Shown here piece after piece: positions 50,880 to 64,000 of a DNA stretch of 64,000 bases. Each line of letters starts with the position of its first letter. Within the stretch, counting starts at the first letter, position 1. The notes beneath the pieces were generated by a model that saw only the letters and a program-made list of their open reading frames with translations, was not told the DNA's origin and did not search any database. Origin of the DNA: the human T2T-CHM13v2.0 reference genome, Homo sapiens; NCBI RefSeq assembly GCF_009914755.1, contig NC_060935.1. One strand, given 5' to 3'. Both the position numbers and the translations under genes were made by a program.

Positions 50880-51908
50880 ATGACTGAAACATCCCTGTCT
50901 TCTCAGTGCTTCCCTATGTCGGTCCTCAATAATACCATTGCTGAGCCTCTGATCTTCCTCCTGATGGGCATTCCAGGCCTGAAAGCCACCCAGTACTGGA
51001 TCTCCATCCCTTTTTGTCTCCTATATGTTGTTGCCGTCTCTGGAAATAGCATGATCCTGTTTGTGGTCCTCTGTGAACGGAGCCTCCATAAGCCTATGTA
51101 CTATTTCCTCTCTATGCTTTCAGCCACAGACCTGAGCTTGTCCCTGTGTACACTTTCTACTACCCTTGGTGTCTTCTGGTTTGAAGCCCGAGAAATCAAC
51201 CTAAATGCCTGCATTGCCCAGATGTTCTTTCTACACGGATTTACTTTCATGGAGTCTGGGGTTCTACTGGCCATGGCCTTTGATCGTTTTGTGGCCATCT
51301 GTTACCCACTGAGATACACTACCATCCTTACCAATGCCCGAATTGCCAAGATTGGGATGAGCATGTTGATAAGAAATGTTGCCGTCATGTTGCCAGTCAT
51401 GCTCTTTGTCAAGAGGTTGTCCTTCTGCAGTTCTATGGTCCTTTCACATTCTTACTGCTACCATGTTGATCTCATCCAACTCTCCTGCACAGACAATAGG
51501 ATCAACAGCATCCTTGGTCTGTTTGCGCTTTTGTCCACTACAGGGTTTGACTGCCCTTGCATCCTGCTCTCCTATATCCTGATCATTCGATCTGTCCTCA
51601 GCATTGCTTCCTCAGAAGAGAGGCGGAAAGCCTTCAACACCTGCACATCCCACATCAGTGCTGTTTCCATCTTCTACCTCCCTCTCATCAGTTTGTCTCT
51701 TGTCCATCGCTATGGCCATTCAGCACCTCCATTTGTCCACATCATCATGGCCAATGTCTTTCTGCTAATCCCTCCTGTGCTCAACCCTATTATTTACAGT
51801 GTAAAGATTAAGCAGATTCAAAAGGCCATTATCAAGGTCTTAATTCAGAAGCACTCCAAATCTAATCATCAGCTATTTCTGATTAGAGATAAAGCCATTT
51901 ATGAATAA
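50880..51908 (+). CDS. OR51F2: Olfactory receptor 51F2 (342 aa; probable true start Met at 50916, 330 aa)
   Basis: Intact 7TM ORF with NNT, LHKPMY, MAFDRFVAIC, SHSYCYH, KAFNTCTSH and PPVLNPIIYSVK. Confidence 0.95.
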   Translation: MTETSLSSQCFPMSVLNNTIAEPLIFLLMGIPGLKATQYWISIPFCLLYVVAVSGNSMILFVVLCERSLHKPMYYFLSMLSATDLSLSLCTLSTTLGVFWFEAREINLNACIAQMFFLHGFTFMESGVLLAMAFDRFVAICYPLRYTTILTNARIAKIGMSMLIRNVAVMLPVMLFVKRLSFCSSMVLSHSYCYHVDLIQLSCTDNRINSILGLFALLSTTGFDCPCILLSYILIIRSVLSIASSEERRKAFNTCTSHISAVSIFYLPLISLSLVHRYGHSAPPFVHIIMANVFLLIPPVLNPIIYSVKIKQIQKAIIKVLIQKHSKSNHQLFLIRDKAIYE

Positions 51909-52549
51909 GTGCTTTGCTACAATGGAGTAATTGTCCCAAAGTGCCCACACATGCCTCCAACAGTCCAAACTAAGCAATTTATAGGTTATGTGACATTTAT
52001 TTAGTCAATTTCTTTGTCAATAAATTCATGTCATTGCCAACTAAATTATGATTTTGTTTTCAATATGAAGTGAAGAAACATATATAAACAACTAATTATA
52101 TTTGTAAGCAGTATGAAAGCTACATAAAGTATTAATTCAGGCTCTGTATACAATTATAAAAGTTCACATTTAATGTGAGAAACTTTCTAAATAAGTCAGT
52201 TGTTATTTTCTGAATGACACACAGAAAACACTTTAATTAGTTTCTTTTCTTGAAATTCTTGATTATATATGCGATTCCAAAATAGAGATTCTATAGGGTG
52301 GATTCTAAAATACACATCAATGTAATTCCACATTGGGTCTTATCTAGATGGAATTATTTTGCCCTTTATTATGTGCAGGGGCTACCTAATGTAAATACAA
52401 GATACCATATTATGTGCTCAGCATCAGTTACTGCTGCTGTTAGCTGAAGAGTTAAAAGTTGGTAATTACATTGTTAACATTCTAGGAGTAAGGATAACAC
52501 TATTTTTCATTTTTTTTTAAACCAAGATTTATCTTGGTGTAAGAGAATC

Positions 52550-55500
52550 TGTACTTTTGGCTCATATTTATCTCTATCCCTGATTTTATGGTTTCATTTA
52601 TGGGCTCACTGGACTAGCAATGGCAGAGCAAAGGCTGGCTGATATCAACGTATAGATACTTTATAGCTGGTTGTTGAGTCCCTCCTCTGAAGTGAATACT
52701 CTGTAGTGAATATTAACATAAGACACAGAGCTTTTCATCCTTTGTGTGTGCTTCAATAGCACATCACATGCAGACTTTCTTACATCTCTTCTAACAAAGT
52801 TGCTAGTTCCATCTGTTGACAAATTATCCAAGCCTTTTAGCAAAGTCCTAGTCCATGTATATCCACAGACTTCAGACAACTTCTCCCCCAAACAACATTA
52901 ACAACCAAGAGTACTACTCACAACTCTGCCCTTTGGAAATGTTTTCCTTCACCACTCTCCTTTATGCCATCAAAGGTAGGGCTATTGTGCCACTGCACAC
53001 AATTTTTGGTTAGCATCAACTTGTCTACCAGTCTATTCATGAACTAAGCCTGAGTATTTTCCTCCTTTTCCAGAAACTTAACGAAATCCCCCATGAGGCC
53101 ATGGATGTGAATTAATGCCGAGACATCCATACAACAGTGACAAGTGTCATAGGATTCTGGGCCAACTATTCACATAAATTATTTGTGCTTTTTGACCTTG
53201 TCCATCATTATCCCTACAATAATTGCTCAAATGTCTCAGATAGCATAACAACGTAAGAGTTTTTCCTGTTGCTAAGTATATTATCCTCAATTATGTGATT
53301 AAGCATCTGAAGAATAACCACAAGTAAAGCCGAAAAATTATTGGGCTGACTATGAGATAAACGTTGTTCATAACTCCATTAATCACTCTCAATAATCTTA
53401 TAAGTTAACCAAAAGAGAGCATGATGATATGTTTGAGTGAACAAACTCTTTAAGAACTCTTAGATATAACCTTAGATAACCTATATATAAGAGTCCTTAA
53501 AGAGTTGGGTATTCTTTGTTTAATGAACAGTTACATTTGTAAATGACCTTAGACTGTTTGGGGGGAAATCTGGATAATTTTTATTACATACTGGTAGTAG
53601 CATTGTGGGACACTTTGTGGGGGAGACCAAGACTCATATTCAATTAATGGGTACTGTATACATGAAGTGACTTAAATATTTAAACAGGTTAAGGGATCAT
53701 GACTTCCCATCATATGGCTGATGTCAGCCTGGTGCTGAGAAGTTCTCTATTGCAAATGTATGCTGGGTACATCCTAGAAGACTGTTCATTTAGCTCGTCT
53801 CCAGGAAGACTATCATATATTGCAACATATCAGTGTGGGTCCCATCACTCTGACAGCCATTCTAGCCTTTCTATCCTCTATAAAAATTATACACACTTAT
53901 ACGATTTTTAAGTACTGCCATGTGGTCTCAGAATTCCTTCATTCTCATTGTTAATAGGAAGCCCATTTCCACAGAAGCATCTTTCATTGTTATGTGTAGC
54001 CTACAGAGTACGGCAACTGCTGACCTTTGAAATGAACCAGACTTCCTCTTACAAATGCATTCTTTGTTGCCTCTGTGAAGACATTTCTCTTCCCTCATGG
54101 AGAAAATAATCATGTGGTAAATTCTCTTGTCCTATAGGATAAATCAATTCTAACATGTCAACTTCCCTGATATTTCTATAGTCCACATTTTACCAAGAAT
54201 ATTTGGCATCTCCACCTAATTTTCTGTGGTCATTATCATATCCAATCTTGAAACAACCGTCTCAGTAGTGCATTAGCACAGTTTCTGGGTATCCTTGATA
54301 TAATATTGCACCTCTAATCATGGATCAATGCCTTCATGTCAATAAACTTTTCTCTGTTAATTAATATTCATACTACCACATACTTCCACTGCTGCCTGGA
54401 TCTAACACCTTCAAGATCCACTCTACTCATTTGATTCCGGTTAGTCCAATTAAGTAGGTTCTGCAATGCCTTCAGTAAATAAGCTGTTTTCTCCAAAAAT
54501 GTTAATAAAAATCCTCTTTTCAGGCTTTGCTGAGACCTGATTGGTTATTATTTTGGGTGCAATGAGAAATGATAGGGCAGTTCTTGTGGAGGAAAGGTAT
54601 CAGTTGTGAGGCATCACACTCAGGTTTGGTTTGTGTAAGGTCTCCAGACAGTAATAAATGAATTATCTTTGAAAAGTAAGAAGGGATCTGTTTCTTCTGG
54701 CATAAAATATTCAAAAGTCTCAAGATTTGAAGACTTATTCACTCAAATGTCAACATTCCAGGAATGAGGATCTCATCATTTTCCCATTACTGTATTTCTA
54801 GTCTTTTTCAAGGTTTTTGACTTTATCACAGAAGATCTGTCAAACCTGAGCAGCCTGCCTTGTAGCTCTGCCACCTTTTTAGTGAAATCCTTTGCCTGAT
54901 TTTTAGAGCTGTATAATCTATGTCTGAATGAGATAAAGGTTTCTGTCAGTGTTCCTACAGAGAACCTTTGATTTTCATGGCATACCCTGCATTGTGAGTT
55001 GGATGTCCCAATCTGATTAGCTCTTATTTCAAGATTTCTGAGGCAGATAATAAAATCAGCCCATTCCATAATCTTTAGATGTTTTAGGTAAAAATGGAAG
55101 ACTAGATTCAGATCCATAGTTACTATATAAACTAATACCTTACCTTCCACCTGAACTTCATCCAGTCAATCACAAATGAGTGTGTTAGTAATTGTGATGC
55201 CATTGAATTTCAAGGATTATTGTCAGCCTTCTGACTGCTAGCAACCAGATTTTGTTATCAATTGAGCATGTTAATGATAATGTGCTTCCAGGGACCATGA
55301 ATGAGGAACAACTGAAGTTAAAGAAGGAGAAAGAATAAGATGATAGAAAACACCTCATTGAGTTTGATGCTGCGTTAATCAGGGTTCAATCAAAAGACAG
55401 AAATCATACAATAATTTTAACAGGAAAAATTTAATTTAGAGAATTATTAACAAGGAGCTAAAATAGTGGAGAAATTAGCTTGTTAAAGAGAGTTATAAAG

Positions 55501-56780
55501 AATTCAGTAGAAACAGCTATAAGGGGCAACCATTACCCCAAGCACTGGGATAAAGCACCTAAGGAGGATTCCTTCCCTTGCACTAGGCTGGTGAACTCAC
55601 AAAAGGGCCTTATCAGTGAGGTTTTCCATAAATCTGCCCTCTGATAGTTGCAGGAAAGGCCTTCCGTAAGAAGGTGCCAAGCCCCAGAACTCTCTAAGTG
55701 CAAGGGAAACTGCTGATTATTGGGCGTTGCTGTACCTGGGAGCTGGAAAGACTGTTCTTTCTAGGAGTATAATGCGTTTCCATGTGTGGCTGTACCTGGG
55801 GTGGCTCCAGCCCACCTTCTCTGGATAAGTTGAGTGACTACCTTGCTAGAAGACTAGTCCCATGGGGCCCCTGATGTGCACACAGATATTCAGGGCTAAG
55901 GAGAAGATATAGAAGAAGCTATCTCAGCTTCAGTGCTGGCCTATTATGCCTATGGTTCCAGGTTATGCCATTGTTGTTTCAGTGGAGAGCTGGAGAACAA
56001 GCTCAGTGGTGAAATGCTGAAGAAAGCTATGCACTGCTGGAACTGAGCCCTGGAGGAACCACACAGAGCCAAGCAATAAAGAAAAATCATGATTTGTAGG
56101 AGTCTGGTTGGCAAACCACAATAAAACCAGGAAGAGAAAAACCTCTTCTTCTCCTTTCAGTGTGCCTCCACTACCCTCTACTGACAAATCTTAACATTGT
56201 ACCAGCTAGCAAAACATTATAAGGCCCAACATCTTCATCACAGAGCAGGTAAAAAGGAATTTGGAGGTTGAGAAATGGCATATCAATAATAATCCAGATA
56301 CCATTATGGGTGACTATTGCCTAATCCTACAGGGCCACCTCTGAAGCCTTATCAAATACGTCTCGGGATACTCAACCCAGGAAAATAAAAAGACAGAAAC
56401 AGTTAATCCATTGGATCCTTTTTCCCATTGCTGAAAGTCTACCTCATGAATCCTTAATTTCCCCCTATTTCTGGGTTGTACATGCATGGATACCAAGTGA
56501 GTACATGTAGATATTTCATCATTCAGTGTCAGTCTTGGGGCAAGAAACAAGAGGTACATGGCACGCGCCTAGGTTGAGAGGTTTTCAGATTCTTCCTGCG
56601 AAAAGCCAGCCAATGACTAAATGAGTCTGATTGCTGTAACAGTGATTGGAAAATGAGGCTAAAAGATTTGCGGTGATGCACTAGAAGCAGCGAATTCACA
56701 GGGTCAACTGATGTTCTATCCTGGAGAGCTTGTAGGTTCACAGAAAATGCAGTCACCTCAGAATGAGGTATGAGCCATTT
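52550..56780 (-). mobile_element. Ancient degraded ERVL-type internal sequence and LTR16-like remnants
   Basis: LTR16-like sequence at ~56300-56640 and ERV-like composition upstream; no intact ORF. Family and boundaries are tentative. Confidence 0.4.
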
Positions 56781-59489
56781 CTTCTGCTGTACTGAAAATC
56801 TATCCTTGATCTTTTTTGTTATTGTTTTTGGTGCAAGTTCTGTTATTTAATCCTGTAAAGTCAATTAAAATGATATGCTTACCAACTTGTTTCCTTTTTT
56901 TAAAAACTCCAAATAGAGAAGAAAAATGATCCTGAAAAAGGTATCCAGGGGCCAAGTCTTTTAGAAAATATGGGGATAGCTCCAGGGCAATGGAGAAAGT
57001 GCTATGAGCACATAAAGTATACAGAAGTGGTCTCAGGAAGGCTGCTGAGAGAAAAATGCTTTTGCAGGGAATATTTATTATTTCTAAGTTTACACCCTTT
57101 TATGTTAAAATGGTGATATTAATAATAATATTGTTATTATTTATTGTTGTTAACAATAAATAAAAAGGAGAAGTAAGGGAAAGCAGAAATGGAGGAGGAA
57201 GAGCTAGGGTAGCAAGTCAAATCAGAGAAAAAAATAGAAGAAAGATAATAGATTTTATTTCATCTTTTTCCTAAAAATTACCTAAATTTAGCCTTTCCAA
57301 GTTGAGAGTTCTAATTGTTTTTCTCCCTAAAAAAAAAAACACAACACAACAAAGACAAACTTGTAATTTTTATCATAGTTCTAGTTGCTTTTTTGACCTG
57401 GTGACCCTGTAGCCTTTTCTGGATCTGGAGACCAATTAATTTTCCACTCAAAATGATGTAGATACATGTCAGGAACTAATAGAAGGATGTGCCATAAGGC
57501 AAACATGAGCCATATAAATTCCATTATGATTGTGGACTGATGCTGGAAAAAATACATCAACATTAGAAACTTGCACTCCTTTTGGTAATACTCTAGTTAA
57601 AATATACATTTTTCTGAATGTGAAAAATCAAATTGAATTATGTCTCCTATCTGTGTATAAGAATAGGAATGTGAGGAAGCAGTGCTCCTCGTTTTTTGAA
57701 GCCATTGTAGACTGAAGAGGTGCTCTTCATTACCTGCTAAAAACTGCTCTAGGTTTAGGCTCAAGGTTTTCTGGAAGTTTACCTCTAAAAGTTTCTGAAA
57801 GCTTTTTATATTGATTATCCTACTCACTGACGATCCATAGTTGTCCTCTGAGCTATAAGCTCAATAAAAGCAATGCATCTATTTTGGTCATCTGTGTTTC
57901 TCAGTAGCTGGACACAATGCATTGTTCATAATAGGTCATCAAGAAATACACATCAAATAAATGAATGATGATGGCAATAGATATGCTGTTTGTGGTAGGT
58001 AACATAAGAATTGATGGGGAAAGGAATAAAATTTACTTGTACTATCTATTTTAGAAAGCGGGGGGAGATTTTTTATTATCAGAAAAGGTATTTTCCTAAT
58101 GGGTGGAGGTTTGAATAAAGATTAAAGTTTGAATGAACACAACCGTTTAGGGTTATCTTCTCTAATTAGGATAATCTAACTAGGTCTGCAATGCTCTCTT
58201 GGTTCGACACTTATGTGCTTCTTTTCTAGGCCTTAATTATATTTTCATGACAGCTGCAATTTGCCAGAGCAATAAGTTGAGAAACTAGGCTGGATATTTT
58301 GGGCTAGAATTAGAGTAGGCCTTCATGGTTATTTTGTTCTGGTCCAGTAATAATAAAGAGGACCATTTCAAAGGATATTCTGTATCGCTTTTGTCTGTCA
58401 TCCTCAGCAAGCAGCTCTAAATATATTCAGGGCCTAACAAATCTGGTTTCAGTCACCCATCTGCCCGGGAGTTTCAGTGCTGCCTCTACCCAAGTCCAGT
58501 GAAGCCTTGAGTCTAGGGGACCTAAGGCTTTAGGAAAATAATACAGTGTTTAACTAGGACTGACATTTTCCTGAAGGCAGAATATTAGGTATCATAATCC
58601 TGACTGTATTTCTACTGGCATGATCTTGCAGTAAAAGGCTACTAAATACCAAAAAAATTCTGACCTTAAGTAGGGTTTACAGCTTTATCAGAGCTCTGCA
58701 TATTATCAAATCTTCAGCGGTGTTAAGCCAACTAGGCCCATGTTATAGTATAAGTCTGCTAGTTTACTGGACTCTTTTCTCCACTTTTCTGCCTGTCCTA
58801 ACTGATTACTACAGCCCCCAACTCCATCACATCACCTCTTGTATTAACCTGAAGATGAAGTCATCATTGTCGGCTATCTAAGTTGGTTCATTTATGTGAT
58901 ATACTTTGTTTCAGGCCAATAGTATTTTGCTAAATCTTATTTTCTATTTTCTTTATCTGAAAATCATATGCCCCTGCACAACTTGCCAGCAGAATTATAC
59001 AATTTATTTATTTCTAATTTTCAAAGTTACTGGGCTGAACAATTTCCCTTCTGAACGTGAGGGTCTGAGATATTAAGCATGCTGTGACCCTGGGCATTAC
59101 TTTTTGTTTTGTGAGATTAAGTGCCTTTGAGGACCAATAAATGTTAAGGGGCTAGATATAAGACAATGGGGAAAGAAGGAGCCTATGATAAATTAGAGAC
59201 CTTGTTACTTACCTAAAGCCATCACATTAAAAATCTGTCTAGACATTGTGATGACCAAACAGAACACATTTGTGGGCAGGATTCCACCTCAAGTCTGCCT
59301 GTCTCTGACCTCAGTGACTGGCTTATGTTGAGCCTTTTAAGACATACACTGAATCTTAGATAGAGCCATTGCTGGATTTGGGCTGTCTTTGATAATGCCT
59401 TAGAGTGACTGTACCCAAATCCTGCACCTGTGTGGGAACAGGATCACATCAGTTAAAGCCGTCACTGTGATTCAGAGCCTGCTCACTTA

Positions 59490-59740
59490 AGAGAGCTCAT
59501 TATTAACAGACATTGATGAGACAAATCAAAGCAAAATTAAAACAAAAGTCATTGTTCCCAGGGGACTAGGTGCCTATTAATTCTCAGGAGGGTGTTCCTC
59601 GGCTAAAGGAGAGTATGAAGATATAAACAAAGGTGCAGATTCCCAACAGAGTGCTGGAACAGAGAAGCTGCAGAAGCTGGAGGATCTGAAGGCTTTCCAT
59701 TCTTGGTCTGGAATAAGGTAGCCATAAGCCTGGTAGGTGT
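59490..59740 (+). promoter_or_regulatory. Candidate promoter of the OR51A-like pseudogene
   Basis: Perfect O/E palindrome-type site TCCCAGGGGA at 59556-59565, next to ATTAATT (59576) and TTCTCAGGAG; possible donor CTG|GTAGGT at ~59732. Confidence 0.5.
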
Positions 59741-61626
59741 TCTGGTGAATGAAATTGAATTTCCTTAGGATGGTTTTATCTTTTCCAATGAAAACACTGT
59801 AGTTTATAGAGATCAACCCTATGTCTTTCAGAGGAATGGAGGTAAAAATATTTCATGGGTTGTTCAACCTAAGAGATCAAGCTACATTTTGGAAAAGTTT
59901 TATGGCTGAAAAGACTAGTGTCCACATGTAGCATGGGGTACTTACTTGTATTTACATGATGAATACAGTTGAATACAACAATGTTGCCAATAGTAACTCA
60001 TGTATTGAGTTACCTGAGTTACACTGGAAGCTTGTCAAGAAAGCCCTCAGGCATGAAACCTTGGGAATGGCTCATTTCGAGGGGATTCATTGAAGGGAGA
60101 CAGATGTTGTGTTATTGCTTTTGTCTCTGTCAGAATTCAGACTGTTAGCCATACCATTACATAGCCATACCAATAACAGGCTGTTAGCCATACCATTGGA
60201 GCTTTTATTCTACAGCTCTTGAAAGGAAAGTTACCCAAAGTGTCAGTAAAGCTGACTCCAGGAGTATGATCAGGATCAAACCCAAATTCCAGAGACAGAC
60301 ACCTGCACTGGTCACCAATCTGAAGGGTAGACACACAGAAGCCAAGTGCAATAGGAAAAAATCCGTGAACAGACAAAGACAAGAGCTGTGACCATTCTGA
60401 GCAGGGCCAGTAGCAATTGCACTGTAAGGTGGTGAGTACTTTAAACAGGTACAAATGGCATCTATGTTATGGGATGCATAACAAGGATGCATTGGTCACA
60501 TATAACACTAAGCCTGCCTCATAGCTCCTAACTCGGGTCAATATGAGGCAAAGGTCCTTAAAAAATTTTGCAGCATACAGAGTAGCTGCTAGTTCCCCTT
60601 TCCTTCACTACTTTCTATTTCTACCCACCACTTTCTAGTTTCTTCTAGCTGAATGCAATCTCCTCTTTATCTACACTTGCCAAGATGTGCTCAGAGACTT
60701 TCCATGAAAGGACAAATGATCACACGTGGCCATCCTCTCTGCACCTCTTGCTGCCACTGGCCATCTAAGTCATGAGAGCTGGGTCAGAGGAGCCCTTCCT
60801 CCTCTGCTCACTGAGGTGCTGTGTTTACTCACACTGCCCTGCCTCAGGCTACTGTCAAGATCTGGCAAATGGTGTTTGCTACCAGACTTGAAGATCTCTC
60901 TGAGGTTTTGAGCCTATCTTTTTCTGTGAATATCCAAAAAGTGAATCATTTTACAATGTGTATAATTTTCAGGCACATGTCATCCCTACCACATCTGCTT
61001 TTTATTCTCTTGTTTTTTATTTTAATAATATTCTTTAAAAATAGAAAAACCCCACATGTTGTACAAAACAGGCCATGGGCTGAGTTTGACTCTGCATTAC
61101 AGTTTGCCACCCTCTGTGGTAGACCAATTCTATATATTTTCACAGATGTGTACCAAGATTGATAACATAAGATTTAGGTCTCCCTTAAGTGCTGTGACTA
61201 TAGCATGCATCTGTGGTTTGTGTGAGTACATGACCATTGACCACATGCGTGATAGTAGATTATAACACATTCCACTTAGTTTAATTGAATCAAAAATCTC
61301 AAAAAGCAAGGGTTTCAAAAAAAGCGGGTATCAAAGCACCTTCTTTCTAGCTAGAAAATTATTCAGAAATATATCAGGGAATAAAGATAGAAAAATAACA
61401 CACAGGTTTTAAATGAATCCTGTGATGAACCTGTTTAAATATTTTCCATTGTTTTCTTTACATAGGAAAATATATGTTATGCTATTTCTTGACACCTAAG
61501 ATTGAGCTATATTTAATTTAACAAACAACTGAACTTAAATATGTTCAGCAAGTACAATTAAAAACTTTTATCTATTGTGCATCTTTCTTTAGACCCATGA
61601 GTGGATAAGCTAGTGACCTATCTGTG

Positions 61627-62566
61627 ATGTTTCTGCTCAATACCTCAGAAGTTGAAGTCTCCACATTCCTATTGATTGGGATACCAGGACTTGAGCATGC
61701 ACACATTTGGATCTCTATCCCCATCTGCCTTATGTACCTCATGGCCATCCTGGGCAACTGCACCATCCTATTTGTTATCAGAACAGAGCATTCCCTGCAA
61801 GAGCCCATGTACTATTTCCTCTCCATGCTGGCCCTGTCCGACCTGGGCCTGTCTTTCTCCTCCCTACCCACGATGCTGAGAATCTTCTTGTTCAACAACA
61901 TGGGGATTTCTGCTGATACATGCATTGCCCAGGAATTCTTCATCCATGGATTCACAGACATGGAGTCTTCAGTTCTCCTAATCATGTCCTTTGATCACTT
62001 AGTAGCCATTTGCAACCCCCTAAGATATAGCTCTATTCTCACCAGCTTCAGGGTTTTGCAAATTGGACTGGCTTTTGCCATTAAAAGCATTCTCCTAGTG
62101 CTACCCCTTTTACTTTAAAGAGACTCAGATACTGTAATAAACACCTTTTATCCCACTCCTACTGCCTTCACCAGGATGTAATGAAGCTGGCCTGCTCTGA
62201 CAACAGGGTTAACTTTTACTATGGTTTGTTCGTTGCACTCTGCATGATGTCAGACAGTGTTTTTATTGCTATTTCCTATATGTGTTCATCCTGAAGACTG
62301 TGTTGGGTATTGCATCCCATGGGGAGTGCCTCGAAGCTCTTGACACCTGTGTGTCTCATATCTGTGCTGTACTCGTCTTCTATGTGCCCATCATCACCTT
62401 GGCTACCATGCGTCGCTTTGCTAAGCATAAATCCCCTTTAGCTATGATTCTGATAGCAGATGCATTCTTGCTGGTACCACCCTTGATGAATCCCATTGTG
62501 TATTGTGTAAAAACTCGGCAGATTAGAGTAAAGGTCCTGGAAAAATTGGCTCTGAAGCCTAAATGA
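61627..62566 (+). pseudogene. OR51A8P: OR51A-family pseudogene with two frameshifts (likely OR51A8P)
   Basis: LQEPMY, MSFDHLVAIC, SHSYCLHQD and PPLMNPIVYCVKT lie in three frames, with frameshifts near 62107 and 62281. The symbol is inferred from family and position. Confidence 0.88.
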
Positions 62567-63029
62567 TGGGGCAAAGGTGGAAATTCTATTTTTTTCACAA
62601 TACATTTTCTTAGGAGAAGGACAGTGTTTCATCCAAATAGGAAATGGTTCTATTTACTTCAAAGTTTTTAAATTAGCATTAATTAATTAATTGTTCAATC
62701 AACTAATCCCTAAGGAGCATCTAATATACCACAGCTTTTCTACTTTTGATAAAGAAGAGGCTTATATTTCATGAAAATGTTACAAATCATTTTGTTGTTC
62801 TTTGGGTGATTGATAAATTCAATTCTCAGACACGAGAAGGAAGAGCAAAACTCTTGCAAATCTTCTAATGAGAAGTTAGGAAAAGTAGCCCTTAACTGTG
62901 GCTGGGAGAGTCCTACAAAATTCTGGTACTATTTAACATCTTGATATTTACCTCCTCTTATTTTATTTTCATTGTGATTTACATTAAACTCTTTATAAAG
63001 TGTCTGAGTTTGTCTAAGTATGTTCTTTA

Positions 63030-63196
63030 CTTTGCTATTCAAAGTGTGGTCTGCTGACTGACAGCAACAGCATTACCTAGAAAGTTGTTAAAATTGCTGC
63101 AGAATCTCATGTCCTGCTGCAAGCCTGTTGAGCTGAAATGTGCATTTTAGCAAGATCTCAGGTGACTGGCATGTAGGTTAGTGTTTAAGGAACACT
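63030..63196. mobile_element. MER5A-like DNA transposon
   Basis: TTCAAAGTGTGGTC...GCATTTTAGCAAGATCTCAGGTGA...AAGGAACACT. Confidence 0.75.
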
Positions 63197-64000
63197 TTTC
63201 TTGGGTGATGTGAAAGGGAAACATAGAGACTATGTCATTTGGTGAAGCAAATTTTGGTGGAAGTCAATTTGGAGAGGAAGTTATAGAAGGGCCATGGCAC
63301 TTGACAGTGTTTATAGTAAAGATAAGGGACTGAAACTTTGGTGCTCAATGGTTGCAGGCCCATATGTATTTCCACCATGATGCATATATCTCTCTCACTA
63401 ACTATACTGTAAATTTCCACAGGACAAGAGTTACGAATTATTCAACTTTCACTCTCCTGACAACAAAGTACTCTGTCGATGGTATGTGCTTGGTAGATCT
63501 ATTAATATATCAGTTTGAACTAAAAAAAATAGTCTAAAGAAAAAGAGGTAGCATCCTGAAGCCAGGCCCCTCACGTTTTTCTGGGGTGAGAATTCTAGGG
63601 TGCATCAGAGCAGTCATCATCTAGGCTCAACACAGCACTCTCTCCTCTGCATGCCTCATAGTAAGAAGTTAACATTGCAGATACATAAGGAGGTTCGTGA
63701 GATGTGGATTCTTCCCTTGGATGCTGCCTTCTGAATTGAGGGGCGCTCCATATTACTGTTCATGAGTAATGATAGCACAGAATCTGCACCACTGTGGCCA
63801 AGTAGACACCCAAATAACTTTAATACCTGAGCCTCCCTAGTCTCACCTCTCACTTTATGGCATTGTGAATGGAACCAGACCAAAGGGCTCCAATGATCTC
63901 CTAATGAGAAAGGGTCAGCAAGGAAACTTTAGGAGTCACTAGGACTGTGCAATCCTTATTTACTACATCAGGGTCCAGGATCACTCCTAAAGAATAAGAT

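Noticed and set aside
60142-60197. 17-bp direct repeat CTGTTAGCCATACCATT
   Set aside because: Only two copies; a simple local duplication, not a CRISPR-like array.

Overview
This is human (primate) genomic DNA from a class I olfactory receptor (OR51/OR52) cluster. The proteins match OR52R1 and OR51F2 from memory, which places the window at chr11p15.4. There are five OR loci. Two have intact ORFs: OR52R1 (minus strand), which carries substitutions in conserved motifs, and OR51F2 (plus strand). The other three are pseudogenes: an OR51 with a single 1-bp insertion (probably OR51N1P), a decayed OR52R1-like gene split by a solo LTR (probably OR52Y1P), and an OR51A-like gene with two frameshifts (probably OR51A8P). 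The pseudogene names come from recalled gene order, not from a search. The rest is AT-rich and dense with transposons: Alus including a young AluYb8, L1 fragments, complete THE1 and MST proviruses, MER4-group LTRs and DNA transposons. I see no evidence for a wholly new multi-gene system. The best leads are a THE1 LTR with a DUX4 motif and splice donor pointing into the nearly intact OR51 pseudogene, an L1 endonuclease-only fragment flanked by direct repeats, several long quasi-palindromes, and predicted OR promoters and 5'UTR exons.
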